Below are positions 1 to 14,282 of a stretch of DNA of 64,000 nucleotides, piece by piece. The number at the start of each line of letters is the position of its first letter. Position 1 is the stretch's first letter. A model generated the notes under the pieces. It made no database searches and was not told the DNA's origin. It was given only the letters and a program-made list of their open reading frames with translations. The stretch spans positions 17,794,001-17,858,000 of the forward strand of contig OZ024762.1 of assembly GCA_964016885.1 (NCBI GenBank), given 5' to 3'. The stretch is from Eledone cirrhosa. Taxonomy: Eukaryota. The translations under genes and the position numbers were made by a program.

Positions 1-99
1 ACAACACCACCACCACTACCACCACCACAGACCTCCAATACAAACCCACACCCAATGTAAACCTCTAATTGCGTTCCTTCTTACCACAAGAAAGACATC

Positions 100-740
100 T
101 TTGGGGTAAGTGTCGGGTTAGGGTAGGTTGGTGAGAGGCTTGGATGGGTTGAGGGGGTGGGTTGTTTGTGGGGGTGGGGGTTGGTGTAGGTGGGCTGGTA
201 GAGGAAAGGTGTGGGTTGGTTGGGTTGCTTGGCTGGTGTGAAGGTGATCTTGGATAGCTGGGGAAGTCGAGTGGTGGGTAGGATGGTTTTAGGAAGGGTG
301 TGCTGTGTTAGGTGGGTAGGGAGAGTTTTAGGAAGGGATAAGAGTGGTTTTAGGGTGGGTGGGATGTGTTAGGTGGGTAGGGTGGGGTTAGTGTGGGTAG
401 ACTGTGTTAGGTGGGTAGGGTGGGTTTAAGGAGCGGATGAGGGCGGGTGGAGTGTGTTAGGTAGGTAGGGTGGGTTTAGGGTGGGATTAGAGTGGGTGGG
501 GTGTGTTAGGTGGGTAGGGTGGGTTTAGGGCATGTGGGGTGTGTTAGGTAGGTAGGGTGGGATTAGAGTGGGTGGACTGTGTTAGGTGGGTAGGGTGAGA
601 TAAGAGTGGGTGGGATGTGTTAGGTGTGTTGGGTGGGTTTAAGGAGCGGATGAGAGTGGTTGGGGTGTGTTAGGTGGGTAGGGTGGGTTTATGGTGGGCG
701 GGAGTGTTAGGTGGGTTTAGGGTGGGTTTAGGGTGGGTTG
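100..740 (+). repeat. G/T-rich degenerate minisatellite (gtgtgttaggtgggtagggtgggtttagg-like units)
   Basis: The unit is reiterated with variants and contains many GGG runs. Confidence 0.85.
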
Positions 741-1149
741 TTTCTTTTGCATTTAAACATCTGATTACATGCTTGGCAGTTTTCACAAAGGATGATGGAT
801 TACATCGGGTAAAATGGAGGGGTGGAGAAATATTTAACTTCACCACTGACATCACCACAAACAACAAACACCATCACCACCACCACCGACACCATCAGCA
901 TCACCAGGACCACCCTACTCCCACCACCACCATCAACATTAACACTACACGACCCAGCACCATCACAAACGTCACCAATGTCACCAACACCACTAATAAC
1001 ATCTATCTATCTATCATATCTATCTGTTTGTCTACACTCACTCTCTCTCTCTCTTTATATATATATAAACATAAACAAATAAATAAATATATAAACAGAC
1101 TAAATGAAGATGGCGTAAACATACGATGCAACGGGAGGAAACAATAGCA

Positions 1150-1190
1150 CCACTGACGATGTTGCAGATGTGCAACGAAAGAACTTTGAT
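1150..1190 (+). ncRNA. Hammerhead ribozyme motif, family C variant
   Basis: CTGACGA (1153-1159), t, stem II gttgca/gatg/tgcaac, GAAA (1177-1180), gaactttga. Same layout as 20365-20407; stem I poor. Confidence 0.65.
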
Positions 1191-1611
1191 AGACTATATA
1201 TATGTGTTTGTGTCTATATTGTATCTGTATTTTTGACCGTTGGTCAGTCAATGGCAATATTGAGGACCGAATAAATTAAATTAACCGATATAAAAGACAC
1301 AGAAACGAAAAGCGAAAACCAACCAAACAGTGAGTGTGTTCTGTTATTAATTCTGGCAATATTACACATATGACCCTCCCCAAGTATAACAATATATATA
1401 TATAATTGTTTCTACTTATGGCACAAGGCCAGCAATTATCCCATATATATATAGTGCAAATTTGGACGGGAATGAAACAGAGAGGCAGACAAATAAAGGT
1501 TTATTAGGTTCACGCTCTTGAGAGTGGGGGCGAAATTTAAAGTAGAGACAAATACATTGATGACTTAAGGAAAAATGTAAGAAAAGGTACAAAGGAATAA
1601 GGATGAACGGA

Positions 1612-2370
1612 AAAAAGGAATTATAAAGAAAATAAAGGAAAGAATATATATAAAGGAAAAAAGGAATTATAAAGAAAATAAAGGAAAGAATATGTATAAA
1701 GGAAAAAAGGAATTATAAAGAAAATAAAGGAAAGAATATATATAAAGGAGAAAAGGAATCATAAAGAAAATAAAGGAAAGAATATATATAAAGGAAAAAA
1801 GGAATTATAAAGAAAATAAAGGAAAGAATATGTATAAAGGAGAAAAGGAATTATAAAGAAAATAAAGGAAAGAATATATATAAAGGAGAAAAGGAATTAT
1901 AAAGAAAATAAAGGAAAGAATATATATAAAGGAGAAAAGGAATTATAAAGAAAATAAAGGAAAGAATATATATAAAGGAGAAAAGGAATTATAAAGAAAA
2001 TAAAGGAAAGAATATATATAAAGGAAAAAAGGAATTATAAAGAAAATAAAGGAAAGAATATGTATAAAGGAGAAAAGGAATTATAAAGAAAATAAAGGAA
2101 AGAATATATATAAAGGAGAAAAGGAATTATAAAGAAAATAAAGGAAAGAATATATATAAAGGAGAAAAGGAATTATAAAGAAAATAAAGGAAAGAATATA
2201 TATAAAGGAGAAAAGGAATTATAAAGAAAATAAAGGAAAGAATATATATAAAGGAGAAAAGGAATTATAAAGAAAATAAAGGAAAGAATATATATAAAGG
2301 AGAAAAGGAATTATAGAGAAAATAAAGGAAAGAATATATATAAAGGAAAAACAGGAATTATAAAGAAAAT
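1612..2370 (+). repeat. 46-bp tandem repeat, about 16 copies
   Basis: Unit aaaaggaattataaagaaaataaaggaaagaatatatataaaggag with near-identical copies. Confidence 0.95.
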
Positions 2371-2628
2371 GTAGGAAAAAATATGTGATAAATGTCTGAG
2401 TGGGGACGAGTTATAGAGTCAGTTGTATTCACAGTGCTTCGGGTGTTTAGGTCAGTACAGCTGCAGCCAGGTGAATTTCACAGGCTGTCCGTGGCTATAT
2501 GAGGCAGGATGGGACCCGACAGGAGATCTCCCTTCCAGGCTTTGGTTCGATATAAAGGTGTTGCATGGAAATATGTATAACGTCTCAATTAATAAAAGAC
2601 TCTAACATGTACAATTTCGCATTTTCCT

Positions 2629-2676
<48 letters not shown>

Positions 2677-2679
<3 letters not shown>

Positions 2680-3104
2680 GAAGTTCTATTTAAATTGTTG
2701 GGATACAACAAGCAAATATTTTTATAACTGATATAAAGCACTCAACAAATAATTGGAGTAAAAATACGATATTAACAAATGGAAACTATATTTATAAAAC
2801 CATATTTATTTCATTATACATATTTCAAGGACGCCAAGTTAAATTATGGTGTGCTTTCATCAGATAAAATATAATATAGAGCAGTTTTATAAATAAATAT
2901 TGACATACCCTTAAAGAATGCAACCATTACTGTTGGAAGCTCCCATGGTTGCATTCTTTAAGGGTATGTCAATATTTATTTATAAAACTGCTCTATATTA
3001 TATTTTATCTGAAGAAAGCACACCATAATTTAACTTGGTGTCTTTGAAATATGTATAATGAAATAAATATGGTTTTATAAATATAGTTTCCATTTGTTAA
3101 TATC

Positions 3105-3106
<2 letters not shown>
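2677..3106. mobile_element. Foldback element, hammerhead family A (Penelope pLTR-like)
   Basis: Arms 2766-2927 and 2945-3106 are reverse complements. Hammerhead core CTGAAGA (3009)...GAAA (3046) tatgtata in the right arm, mirrored in the left. Flanked by (TA)n. Confidence 0.8.
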
Positions 3107-3166
<60 letters not shown>

Positions 3167-3186
3167 TAATATAGATATAGATATAT

Positions 3187-3302
3187 AATATAGAAAGGCT
3201 TCTACAGGACTAGAACTGTTCCATTCGGGAGAAATCATCAGGGCTTCCTGATGATTTCTCCTGAATGAAACAATTCTAGTCCTGTAGAAGCCTTTCTATA
3301 TT
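3187..3302. mobile_element. Foldback element, hammerhead-like family B
   Basis: aaggcttctacaggactagaa...catcagg is mirrored by cCTGATGAtttctcctgaatGAAAcaattctagtcctgtagaagcctt. Related copies at 15022-15127, 19811-19858, 31261-31320 and 58957-59005. Confidence 0.7.
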
Positions 3303-3627
3303 AAATATTTATACTCTGCTTTGTATTGAGTACCTTACTTACTGTGGTTACCCCCGGTTGAGCTGGGATAAACTTATATATATATATATGTGTGTGTGTG
3401 TGTGCGTGTGCGTGTGTGTGCGTGTGTGCGTGGCTGTGTATGTTTGCACGTAAACACACATATGCACATACATATACATACATTCTTACATATATACATA
3501 CGTATATACATATATACATATATACATATACATACATACACACATACATATATATACATACATATATACATACATATATACATAAATATATACATATATA
3601 TATCTATATATATCTATATATATATAT

Positions 3628-3696
<69 letters not shown>

Positions 3697-3762
3697 CAAC
3701 GTTTGCTGTTTTCGTTTTGCTAGATTATCTGATGGAATTACCAGAAAAATAATGCCATGATA

Positions 3763-3810
<48 letters not shown>

Positions 3811-3879
3811 ATGTGTGTGTGTTTGTGCATGAATGTATACATGTATATATCTATATATATCTGTGTTTATTTGTATATA

Positions 3880-3919
<40 letters not shown>

Positions 3920-4043
3920 CATATATTTATGTATATATATATATATATATACATATATACATTCATACATATATACATATATACATTCATACCTTTCCGA
4001 CGGAATTACTTCATTTATATATATATAAGCTCTTCTATATTAA

Positions 4044-4099
<56 letters not shown>

Positions 4100-4234
4100 T
4101 ATATATCTGTGTGTGTGTGTAAAAAGAAGAACGGAAATGATGTGTAAGATATTCTAAATAGAATCTTCCGTTCATTGTTTTCTTTCCTTTAAATGTTTAT
4201 AACAAAAACACCATTATTATTAAACCTCATTGTA

Positions 4235-4316
<82 letters not shown>

Positions 4317-4382
4317 TACATATATATATACATATATATATACATATATATATATGTATATATACATATATATATACATATA

Positions 4383-4433
<51 letters not shown>

Positions 4434-4474
4434 GTATAAATATATATGTGAATATGTATATATGTATGTATGTT

Positions 4475-4508
<34 letters not shown>

Positions 4509-4597
4509 TATAAAAAATATAGGACCTACAGCTGTGTGCCCAATCTGGTTAATATTACATCTATAGTGAAGTTAGACTTAATATGTCGCCTTGTTGA

Positions 4598-5030
4598 TCA
4601 CCACCACCAACACCATCATAACCACCACCATCACCATCATAACCACCACCATCACCATCATCACCTTCAATACCAATACCATCACCATCATAACCACCAC
4701 CAACACCATCACCATCATAACCACCACCATCACCATCATAACCACCACCATCACCACCTTCAATACCAACACCATCACCATCATAACCACCACCATCACC
4801 ATCATCACCATCACCAACACCATCACCATCACCATCATAACCACCACCACCTTCAATACCAACACCATCACCATCAGAACCACCACCATCACCATCACCA
4901 CCTTCAATATCAATACCATCACCATCACCATCATAACCACGACCATCACAAGCTCCATCACCTTCAATACCAATACCATCACCAACACCAACATCATAAT
5001 AAATAACCACCACAATCACCAACACCACCA
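4598..5030 (+). repeat. (CAC/CAT)n-derived compound microsatellite
   Basis: Trinucleotide repeat with a recurrent ccttcaatacc variant. Confidence 0.9.
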
Positions 5031-5032
5031 TA

Positions 5033-5189
5033 TTTTATTAGATATATATTCCAAGGGCAACCAAGGCAAATTATGGTGCGCTTTCATCAGATAAAATACA
5101 GATTTGTTTTATAAATAAATATTGACATACCCGGAAAAAAGACAACCTAATTTTTAAGCTTGTTGAATCCCAACAAATTAAAACCTCTG

Positions 5190-5233
<44 letters not shown>

Positions 5234-5603
5234 AAGGTTTTATTTAAAATTGTTGGGTTACAACAAGTAAATATTTCATAACTGATATAAAGCACTCGAC
5301 AAGTTTTTGGAGTATATATACGATATTAAACAAATGGAAACTATATTTATAAAACCATATTTATTTCATTATACATATTTCAGGGATACCATATTAAAAA
5401 TATGGCATGCCTTCGTCAGATAAAATACAGCTTCCTAATTTAATGGTCGCTTATAATATGGTACGTCAAAATTATTTATAAAACTGTTTATATATTGTAT
5501 TTTATCTGACGAAGGCATGCCATATTTTTAATATGGTATCCCTGAAATATGTATAATGAAATAAATATGGTTTTATAAATATAGTTTCCATTTGTTTAAT
5601 ATC

Positions 5604-5605
<2 letters not shown>
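5033..5605. mobile_element. Family A copies including a foldback (arms about 5320-5429 and 5496-5605)
   Basis: Hammerhead tttat-CTGACGA (5506)-aggcatgccatatt/aatatggtatccct-GAAA (5544)-tatgtata-atgaaa, with minus-strand copies at about 5035-5097 and 5365-5426. Confidence 0.8.
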
Positions 5606-5688
<83 letters not shown>

Positions 5689-5972
5689 TGTAAAATCCCG
5701 ACCGCTGGGCCAAGCAGTTTCGGCTTATGTGTTCAACAAGCCTTTTCAATATATATATAATCACGCATATAAATATGTAGACACACAGACACCCACACGG
5801 AGATATAGATATATACGTATGTATGTATGTATGTATGTATGTATGTATGTATGTATGTATGTATGTATGTATATATATATACATTTATATGTGATGTGTG
5901 ACTGTATATGTGTGTTTTCGTGAATATTTGTGCGTCTGTATTACAGATATATATCTATATCTATCTATCTAG

Positions 5973-6102
<130 letters not shown>

Positions 6103-6107
6103 CATAT

Positions 6108-6159
<52 letters not shown>

Positions 6160-6179
6160 ATATATATATACATATATAT

Positions 6180-6234
<55 letters not shown>

Positions 6235-6237
6235 CAA

Positions 6238-6300
<63 letters not shown>

Positions 6301-6315
6301 CATATATATATATAT

Positions 6316-6381
<66 letters not shown>

Positions 6382-6773
6382 GTTTAAGTCGATATATATA
6401 TAAATGTTACACTTTAAATACTGTCACATCTGCACACACAAACTCATACATACACATACACACTACATACACACACACTGCATACACACACACATACAGG
6501 GGGGGGGGGGTAAGTTCTGGGAAATATCTAGAAGGTCACATGCTCACAAGATATGTAGTTTAATTAAACTACAAATTTTATTCATTTCTTCTTCTTCTTC
6601 TTCTTCTTCTTCTTCTTCTTCTTCTTCTTCTTCTTCTATATGTTTCTTTCTTTGTTTTGCTTGTTACAAATGTCTTTTTGATGTTTTTTTTTGTGGTGGG
6701 GAGTAATTCTTTTTTTTTTTTTTACATATACATTCTTATGGATAAAATAGCAGTCATAATCCCACTCACATAC

Positions 6774-6842
<69 letters not shown>

Positions 6843-7164
6843 CATACACACACACATACACACACACTCATAAACACACACATATATATATATATATATA
6901 CATACATACCCACACATATTTATAGAGACACATATTTGCATATACATATATACAATCGCTCAAAAGTTAGTTGTTGCAATAGTTGTATATATAAAATTAA
7001 AAAAATTGAAATTAAAAAAGTTTACAAATATATATATATACATATATATATATATTTGTAAACCTTTTACACACACCCCACTCACATCAAGCGTGAAACT
7101 AATAATATTTGTAACATTTACTCCTGCGTTTGTCTGTTTTTTTCTTTTGTTTTCTGATATTTCG

Positions 7165-7221
<57 letters not shown>

Positions 7222-7227
<6 letters not shown>

Positions 7228-8330
7228 AGACCTTCACACACACACATTCAGACCTTTCCACAAACCTAATGAAAAGTCAGCCTATATACATAAAGACTTA
7301 TGCCACCCACCTACGGTCTTCATATATCAGTACTCTCTTGCTCTGGAACCCTGACTCCAGCCTGACTAGGAGTAGGAAGCTGTCATTCCCTGACATCTCT
7401 AGGGATACGGGAATCAGTAGACAGGACCTGGGGGCAGCGATGGGGGACAGGGAATTCTGGGGCATGAGAGTGAGATCCGTCATCTCGACAGTAGTCGACG
7501 AATGATGATGATAATATCAGTACTAGGATTTCTAATCATTCTTCTAACAATGCCATCTCTGAGAGAGCAACACCTTACTACAACACTGCGTTAACCAACG
7601 CCGGCTTCTCCGATACAATTTCTTACTTCCTTTCTAATCCCACCACAAGTAGAAACAGAAATAGACATAAAAACTTAATTTGGTTCTGGTTTAGTGTTAG
7701 AACTAAAGTAGAACTAAAGTATGTCGGAAATTCTTGGTACTGCTAGATAAACACTTCTCCAGGGGTCATAAATACAGACATATCTTCTATCGACACAGGG
7801 TGAAACTCGGTTATTCCTGTGCTAAAAAATATTAAAGCCAATATAACCACCAACCCCCAAGAGCTCACCCCCCCCCCCCCCCCATCTGGATGCTCTTGCA
7901 GAAGGCCAGACACATGCATCCTCCAATAATAGTGTCACATATCCACAATAGTCTAGGAAGCTGAAGTTACATCTACCCGACCAAACCAACATAGGAGGTC
8001 ATAACATATGTAGGTATGGCGGAGGGCCAGTTTAAAGAACGCTTCCTTAGCCATCAGACGACTTTAAGACACTCAGATAAACGATAGTCCACGAAGTTGG
8101 TAATCCACATCTGGTCTCTCAAAGAAGCAGACGTGGATTACTCCATTCAATGGAAAGTTTGAACAAATCTAGGCCGTAGAGAAATGGGAGTTTGTTTTGT
8201 GGGCTGTGCATTGATGAATAAATATCTTGGAGAGATTACGTAATAATTCCCATTTCTATTGAAAATAGGTCTGTATTTATGACCTCTTGGGTAGTGCTTA
8301 TTTAGGAGAGCTAAGAATTTCCTTCTACAT
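7222..8330 (+). pseudogene. Penelope-like element remnant: RT C-terminus, linker and GIY-YIG endonuclease
   Basis: Translates with stops and frameshifts to FRPFHKPNEKSAYIHKDLCHPP / RISNHSSNNAISERATPYYNTALTNAGF / RNRHKNLIWF / LLDKHFSRGHKYRHIFYRHRVKLGYSC / CSCRRPDTC / IV*EAEV...TYVGMAEGQFKERFLSH...HIWSLK...IQWK...CGLCIDE, which are typical PLE motifs. (TA)n on both sides. Confidence 0.9.
7335..7513 (+). mobile_element. 5'-truncated RTE-type LINE 3' end nested in the PLE
   Basis: Peptide SFPDISRDTGISRQDLGAAMGDREFW, an (ATG)n tail and an 11-bp TSD atatcagtact at 7324-7334 and 7514-7524. Confidence 0.8.
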
Positions 8331-8392
8331 TGGTTATATATATATATATATATATATATAGTTCTTTGCTTAAACTTTAATCTGTTATTTTA

Positions 8393-8477
<85 letters not shown>

Positions 8478-8753
8478 AAATCCAAAGTCAATAAATACGC
8501 CAGGATTTTTTCATTCTGATGATTGAAAGCAAAATTTTTTTGCTTTTAAGAAACCACTGGTAAATGAAATAATTGCCTTATGTTGTTTATTACATAACTA
8601 TATAATATATATATATATATATAAATGTGTGTATGTATATATATCATATATATGCACACAATCACATACATATATATATATGCACACAACCACATACATA
8701 CACACATATATATATATATATATACACACACATATATATATATATAATATTTG

Positions 8754-8786
<33 letters not shown>

Positions 8787-8896
8787 CACATATATATGAT
8801 ATATATAGAGACAGATATAGTTATATATATATATGTACGTCCGTGTATACATACATATATGTGAGAGAGAGAGGGATGAGAGTGTTTCTGAGTATA

Positions 8897-8968
<72 letters not shown>

Positions 8969-9157
8969 TATATACAACTTAGATGCAGTCAAAGGTAAAT
9001 AATGACTTATAAGGGAATATATCAACATGCAATGCATGCCTGTACACCTACACATGTTTATACAATAAATAGTGTCAATATATACACAATATATACTAAT
9101 AGCGAAAACTATACATACATACATACATACATATGTTCACACATATATATATATTTG

Positions 9158-9195
<38 letters not shown>

Positions 9196-9304
9196 TATAT
9201 GTGCATATACATATATAACATATATATATACATGTATATATATATATACATACATATATATATACATATACATATATATATCTGTCTGTGTGTGTGTGCG
9301 CGTT

Positions 9305-9416
<112 letters not shown>

Positions 9417-9425
9417 TATATATAT

Positions 9426-9486
<61 letters not shown>

Positions 9487-9552
9487 CATATATACATATA
9501 TATATATATATTTATATACATATGTATATATATATACACACATATATATACT

Positions 9553-9608
<56 letters not shown>

Positions 9609-9745
9609 GTATATATTTGTCTATGTGTATTCATGTCTGTTCACGCTTTGTGTACAAATTCATGACTGAGAATGAAGTGGAGTAGAAAGAGAGCGAGAAG
9701 GGGAGGAATTCTGATAGGCCTGGAGACAGACAGACAGACAGTCAT

Positions 9746-9786
<41 letters not shown>

Positions 9787-9849
9787 AAGTCATACAGACA
9801 GGCAGGCAGACAGAGAGACATACAGACACCTAGCCATGCAGATAGATAG

Positions 9850-9880
<31 letters not shown>

Positions 9881-9885
9881 GATAT

Positions 9886-10592
9886 ATTTCTTTATTAGCC
9901 ACAGGGGCACAAAAGAAGGCGACAAATACAAAGGGGGAAGTTTACATACAATAAAAACGTGTAAAATGTTATCACAAATGGAATTTAAAAAGTTAGTCGA
10001 TTTTCCCCAATAGAGGGAGACAGTTCATATGGGTAACACATACCCCCGAAAAAAAATGTGCAACCCTCATCTCCAGGAGTACGAAGAGCTTGTACTCCTT
10101 TCCTCTCCTCCTCCTTTTCCTCAACCTACAGGCTGATATAGAGAGAAGGCCCATTCACTCGGGCCATTCTCGCCACTTTCACCCACCTTTCATAAAACTT
10201 GCTGGGGTACAGCACCTCTCTCTCCATCCTGATTCTTCTTCCAAAATGGTATTTGAAAAAAAAGAATCAGTTGTTGGATGGAGAGAAAGGTGTCTGACCT
10301 CACCCCTTTCAACCTTGTCCACCATACAACCTCTTTCGCCATAGCTATCACACAAAGGAAAACCGCCTCTCCTTCGTTTTTGAAGGAGGGTGGCGGTTTG
10401 ATTATGACAATGGACTCGGTGGTCAACTGGATTGGTCCCACCCGCGACAATAGTCGTTCTACATAGCCCCACAGGTCAGTGACGCCCGGGCAGTGTATGA
10501 ATGCGTGCGCGACGGTTTCTTCGTCTCGCACGCACCTCGGACAGATCTTTTTTGCAGGGTCCCTGCCCGGGCGCCCATGTCTGTAGAACTTG
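9886..10592 (-). mobile_element. L1/Tx1-like LINE 3' fragment with C-terminal zinc knuckle
   Basis: CPRCVRDEETVAHAFIHCPGVTDLW...AKEVVWWTR matches the CxxC-x7-H-x4-C region of L1/Tx1 ORF2. Flanked by (GATA)n on both sides. Confidence 0.8.
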
Positions 10593-10593
10593 T

Positions 10594-10626
<33 letters not shown>

Positions 10627-10739
10627 TGAGTGAGTGACCGACAGATGGATAGGCCGACATACTGACAGTCAGTTAGACAGACAGGCCGACAGAAAGACAG
10701 ACGACAGAGAGACATATATAACTATATATATATATATAG

Positions 10740-10838
<99 letters not shown>

Positions 10839-10899
10839 TATATATATATATTGAATTTCCGACCGATAAGGTTTGATTATCATGGATATGTCTTTATTT

Positions 10900-11012
10900 A
10901 TAAAACACACTTTGTATTTTATCTGATGAAAGCGCACCCTTGGTTGCCCTTGAAAGATGTATAATAAAATAAATATGGTTTTATAAATATAGTTTCCATT
11001 CATTTAATATCT
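10900..11012 (+). ncRNA. Family A copy with hammerhead motif
   Basis: ttttat-CTGATGA (10923)-aagcgcacc/ggttgccctt-GAAA (10952)-gatgtata-ataaaa. Confidence 0.7.
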
Positions 11013-11174
11013 TGGTATATATATATATATATATATATATCTTTTTTGTTTTGCAAGGTTTTTGATATGAAATCGTGTGTCGAAACAAATATCGTTATAC
11101 TTGGGGAGGGTCATATTGTTATACTATTGCCAGAAATATATATATCTATACTTATATATATATATATATATATG

Positions 11175-11517
11175 AATAAAGTTAGTCCTTCATCAGTGAT
11201 CTTCCAACCATCATTGGTATTTCATCGCTTTAAAGACCATATACCTCCGGTTGGTGCGAGCAACGGCTAAAGAAAGTCGTTGGGACACGTAAATAAGGGG
11301 AACGAGCGAGAGTGTAAACAAACAAAGACGGTAAAGCAACGAAAAGTGAGGAAGAAAGAGTCAAGTCCCAGATTTCCATGAATATAAGTTCGGTGAAATC
11401 GTGAACGAGAGAGAATAAAGACCATCAAACCTAGTCGAAATGTGAGCAAGGAAGGAATTCCACACAGGTCAAACGGGAGGAAGAAGGAGTCTAGTCCGTG
11501 AATTCGGTGAACATAAG

Positions 11518-11520
<3 letters not shown>
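11175..11520. mobile_element. Dispersed repeat, probably PLE-derived
   Basis: Near-identical inverted copy at about 47680-48045 and a diverged copy at 34190-34330. Flanked by (TA)n. Confidence 0.65.
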
Positions 11521-11586
<66 letters not shown>

Positions 11587-12419
11587 TATAGCTAGCTAGC
11601 TAGCTAGATAGATAGATAGATTGTGTGTGCGGGTGAAAGGAAGTGATTTGAAGTCTCTAGATTTGAAAGACTTCGTAGCTAGGAATGTATTAAATGAATC
11701 AGATCTGAACACTTCAGTATGAATCAGGTTATCAAGTTTTGGACATGAAGGAGATATGGTCGGCCATTGGAATAAACGACCACCATTCTAGACTTTCTTT
11801 TCTTTCTTTCTTTCGTTCTTTCGTTCTTTTTACTTTCTTTTTTCTCCTCTTTTTTTTCTGTTTGCTTTCTCTTTTCTTCTTTCTGTTTTCTTTTTCTTTC
11901 TTTTTACTTTCTTTCTTATTTCATTCTTTCCACCTTTCTTTGTTTCTTTCTTCATATCTTCTTTCCTCCTTTCTTTCTTTCCTTCTTCCTTCCTTTCATT
12001 TTCCTTTCTTCCTTCCTTTCATTTTTCTTCCTTCCTTCCTTTCTTTCTTCCTTCCATATTTCTTTCTATATCTCTCTCTCTCGTTCCTTCTCTATTTCCT
12101 ATCAAGTTATTATCATACCACATGTGTGAGAGTTGCTGCTGTTTTCTATCCTGTTTCTGACGATGTCAGGTGTTTCACTAGATTGATCTATGTTTTACAT
12201 ACAACATTGACATGTGTCCTCTACACAGGTGACAGCATTTCATACCTTGATAGCTTACAAATTAATTTGATTGGAATTTGTTGAGGAGACGAAAGACATG
12301 AAGCCCTGCTGTGATGGTTTCCATTCTCATGAATCCTTACACACACACACATATAACACAAACACACACATACACACATATATATATATGATTGTATTTC
12401 TTTCTCTCTCACACACACA

Positions 12420-12466
<47 letters not shown>

Positions 12467-12488
12467 GAAAGAGAGAGAGAGAGATATG

Positions 12489-12795
12489 CAGTTGTCCTCC
12501 AGTATTCGCGGGTGTTACGTTCCTAGAACACCCGCGAAGAGTGAAAAACCGCGAATATTGAACGTGGTCCATAAAAATGCCTATAAACGTCAAAACATAA
12601 CAAAATACAGGCTAGCAAATACGGTATATTGTTATTAATAATTTAGCGTTAAAAAGCGTGAAAAAATATATATTGCCACGAAAAAAGCCATAAAAAATCG
12701 TGGAAGATATTTACAATTCCGCGAATTTGCACTGGTTTCCACGAACAATTATTAGTTAGGTTCTAAGAAAAAATCCGCGAATGTCGGCGGCAGAC

Positions 12796-12797
<2 letters not shown>
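12489..12797. mobile_element. pogo/Tigger-like MITE
   Basis: Imperfect TIRs cagttgtcctccagtattcgcgg and ccgcgaatgtcggcggcagactg, with internal ccgcgaa subterminal repeats. Confidence 0.65.
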
Positions 12798-12854
<57 letters not shown>

Positions 12855-12934
12855 CGTTTCTGAATTTGTTTAGCAAGATTCTTTATTGGCAACATGACCC
12901 TCCCAAAGTATAACAATATATATATATATATATA

Positions 12935-13465
12935 GTAATAATAATAAAATTGAAGACTAAAATCCAAAGAGGGCTCGATAAGGAAAATATATATCAAATA
13001 TATAAGAACCGTAGAGCAAATATTTATTAAAATAACAGATTAAAGTTTAAGCAAAGAATCGCTGCTTTCACCCTTAACGGGATCTTCTGAAACTAACAAA
13101 GTCAATCTGTAAACGCAGAACTGGATATTTCAAAAAACGTTGCAACCGGAGGAAGACAGGTAGACGATACTTTGGTTCGTGGTAACGTTCGCTGGCAAAG
13201 AACGGGGAAAAACGAATAATACGTCATTAATAGGAGCGGTGAAAACCAATTACGCGCAAAGACAAAACCACGTTTATGGTATAAAAGAGGTCGTAGACTA
13301 ATGTTCTCTTAGGTGGTGCATAGAGACGTTCTCTGGCAATGAACGAAAAAACGAAGATAATAAGTCATATGTGGAGCGTGGAGAACAATAGCACGCAAAG
13401 ACAAAACCACGTAAATGGTATAGCAGAAATCGTAGACTAAAATTCTAACTAGGAGACCAAATGAA
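12935..13465. mobile_element. Dispersed (TA)n-embedded repeat family I (degenerate hammerhead core)
   Basis: aaattgaagactaaaatccaaagagggctcgataagg...gaatcgctgctttcacccttaacgggatc recurs at 32750-32900, 33425-33580, 37920-38095 and 47580-47670. The minus strand reads cagaaga-tcccgttaagggt-GAAA. Confidence 0.65.
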
Positions 13466-13721
13466 TCTATATATATATATATATATATATCATTATAAGA
13501 AAGTGACTGAAATATATTCATACACACATAAGTGTGTACTAAGACATATCAAACCTTAGAACTAGAGTCATTGTACACTGAAGAAGGCTCGATTTTCTTC
13601 TTCTCTGAATTCTATCTTGAGCTGTTTTTAGAGACAAGTCATGTTTGATTTTGTATCATTCCTGACACCCTTTACTTTGAAAGTAATAATAATTATATAT
13701 ATATATATATATATGTATAAT

Positions 13722-14168
13722 ATGCAAAGTTTTATTTAAATTGTTGGGTTACAACGAGTAAATATTTATAACTGATATAAAAGCACTCAACAAGTATTTG
13801 GAGTATATTTACGATATTAAATAAATGGAAACTATATTTATAAAACCATATTTATTTCATTATATATATTTCAGGGATATCATATTAAAAATATGTTATG
13901 CCTTCTTCAGACAAAATACAATATAAACAGTCTTATAAATAGATAGATTTGACATACCTTTCAACTTCAACTTCCATTTAAAAAGTTGATCAACTTTTTA
14001 AATGGAAGTCGAAGTTGAAAGGTATGTCAAATCTATCTATTTATAAGACTGTTTATATTGTATTTTGTCTGAAGAAGGCATAACATATTTTTAATATGAT
14101 ATCCCTGAAATATATATAATGAAGTAAATATGGTTTTATAAATATAGTTTCCATTTATTTAATATCGT
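13722..14168. mobile_element. Family A copy forming a loopless palindrome of about 358 bp
   Basis: 13811-14168 is self-complementary around gttgatcaac (centre 13989/13990). Hammerhead core CTGAAGA (14069)...GAAA (14107). Confidence 0.85.
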
Positions 14169-14282
14169 ATATATATATATATATATATAATTATATATAT
14201 ATATATATAATATATATATTATATAATATATATATATATTATATAATATATATGTATTATATAATATATATGGTTTTTTTTC

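Noticed and set aside
1612-2370. Regular array as a possible CRISPR
   Set aside because: Head-to-tail units with no unique spacers, no cas genes and a eukaryotic context
4470-5094. His-rich and Gly/Asp-rich ORFs resembling cephalopod beak proteins
   Set aside because: Open in several frames on both strands because of the triplet repeat. No signal peptide or credible splice structure, and the start lies in (TA)n
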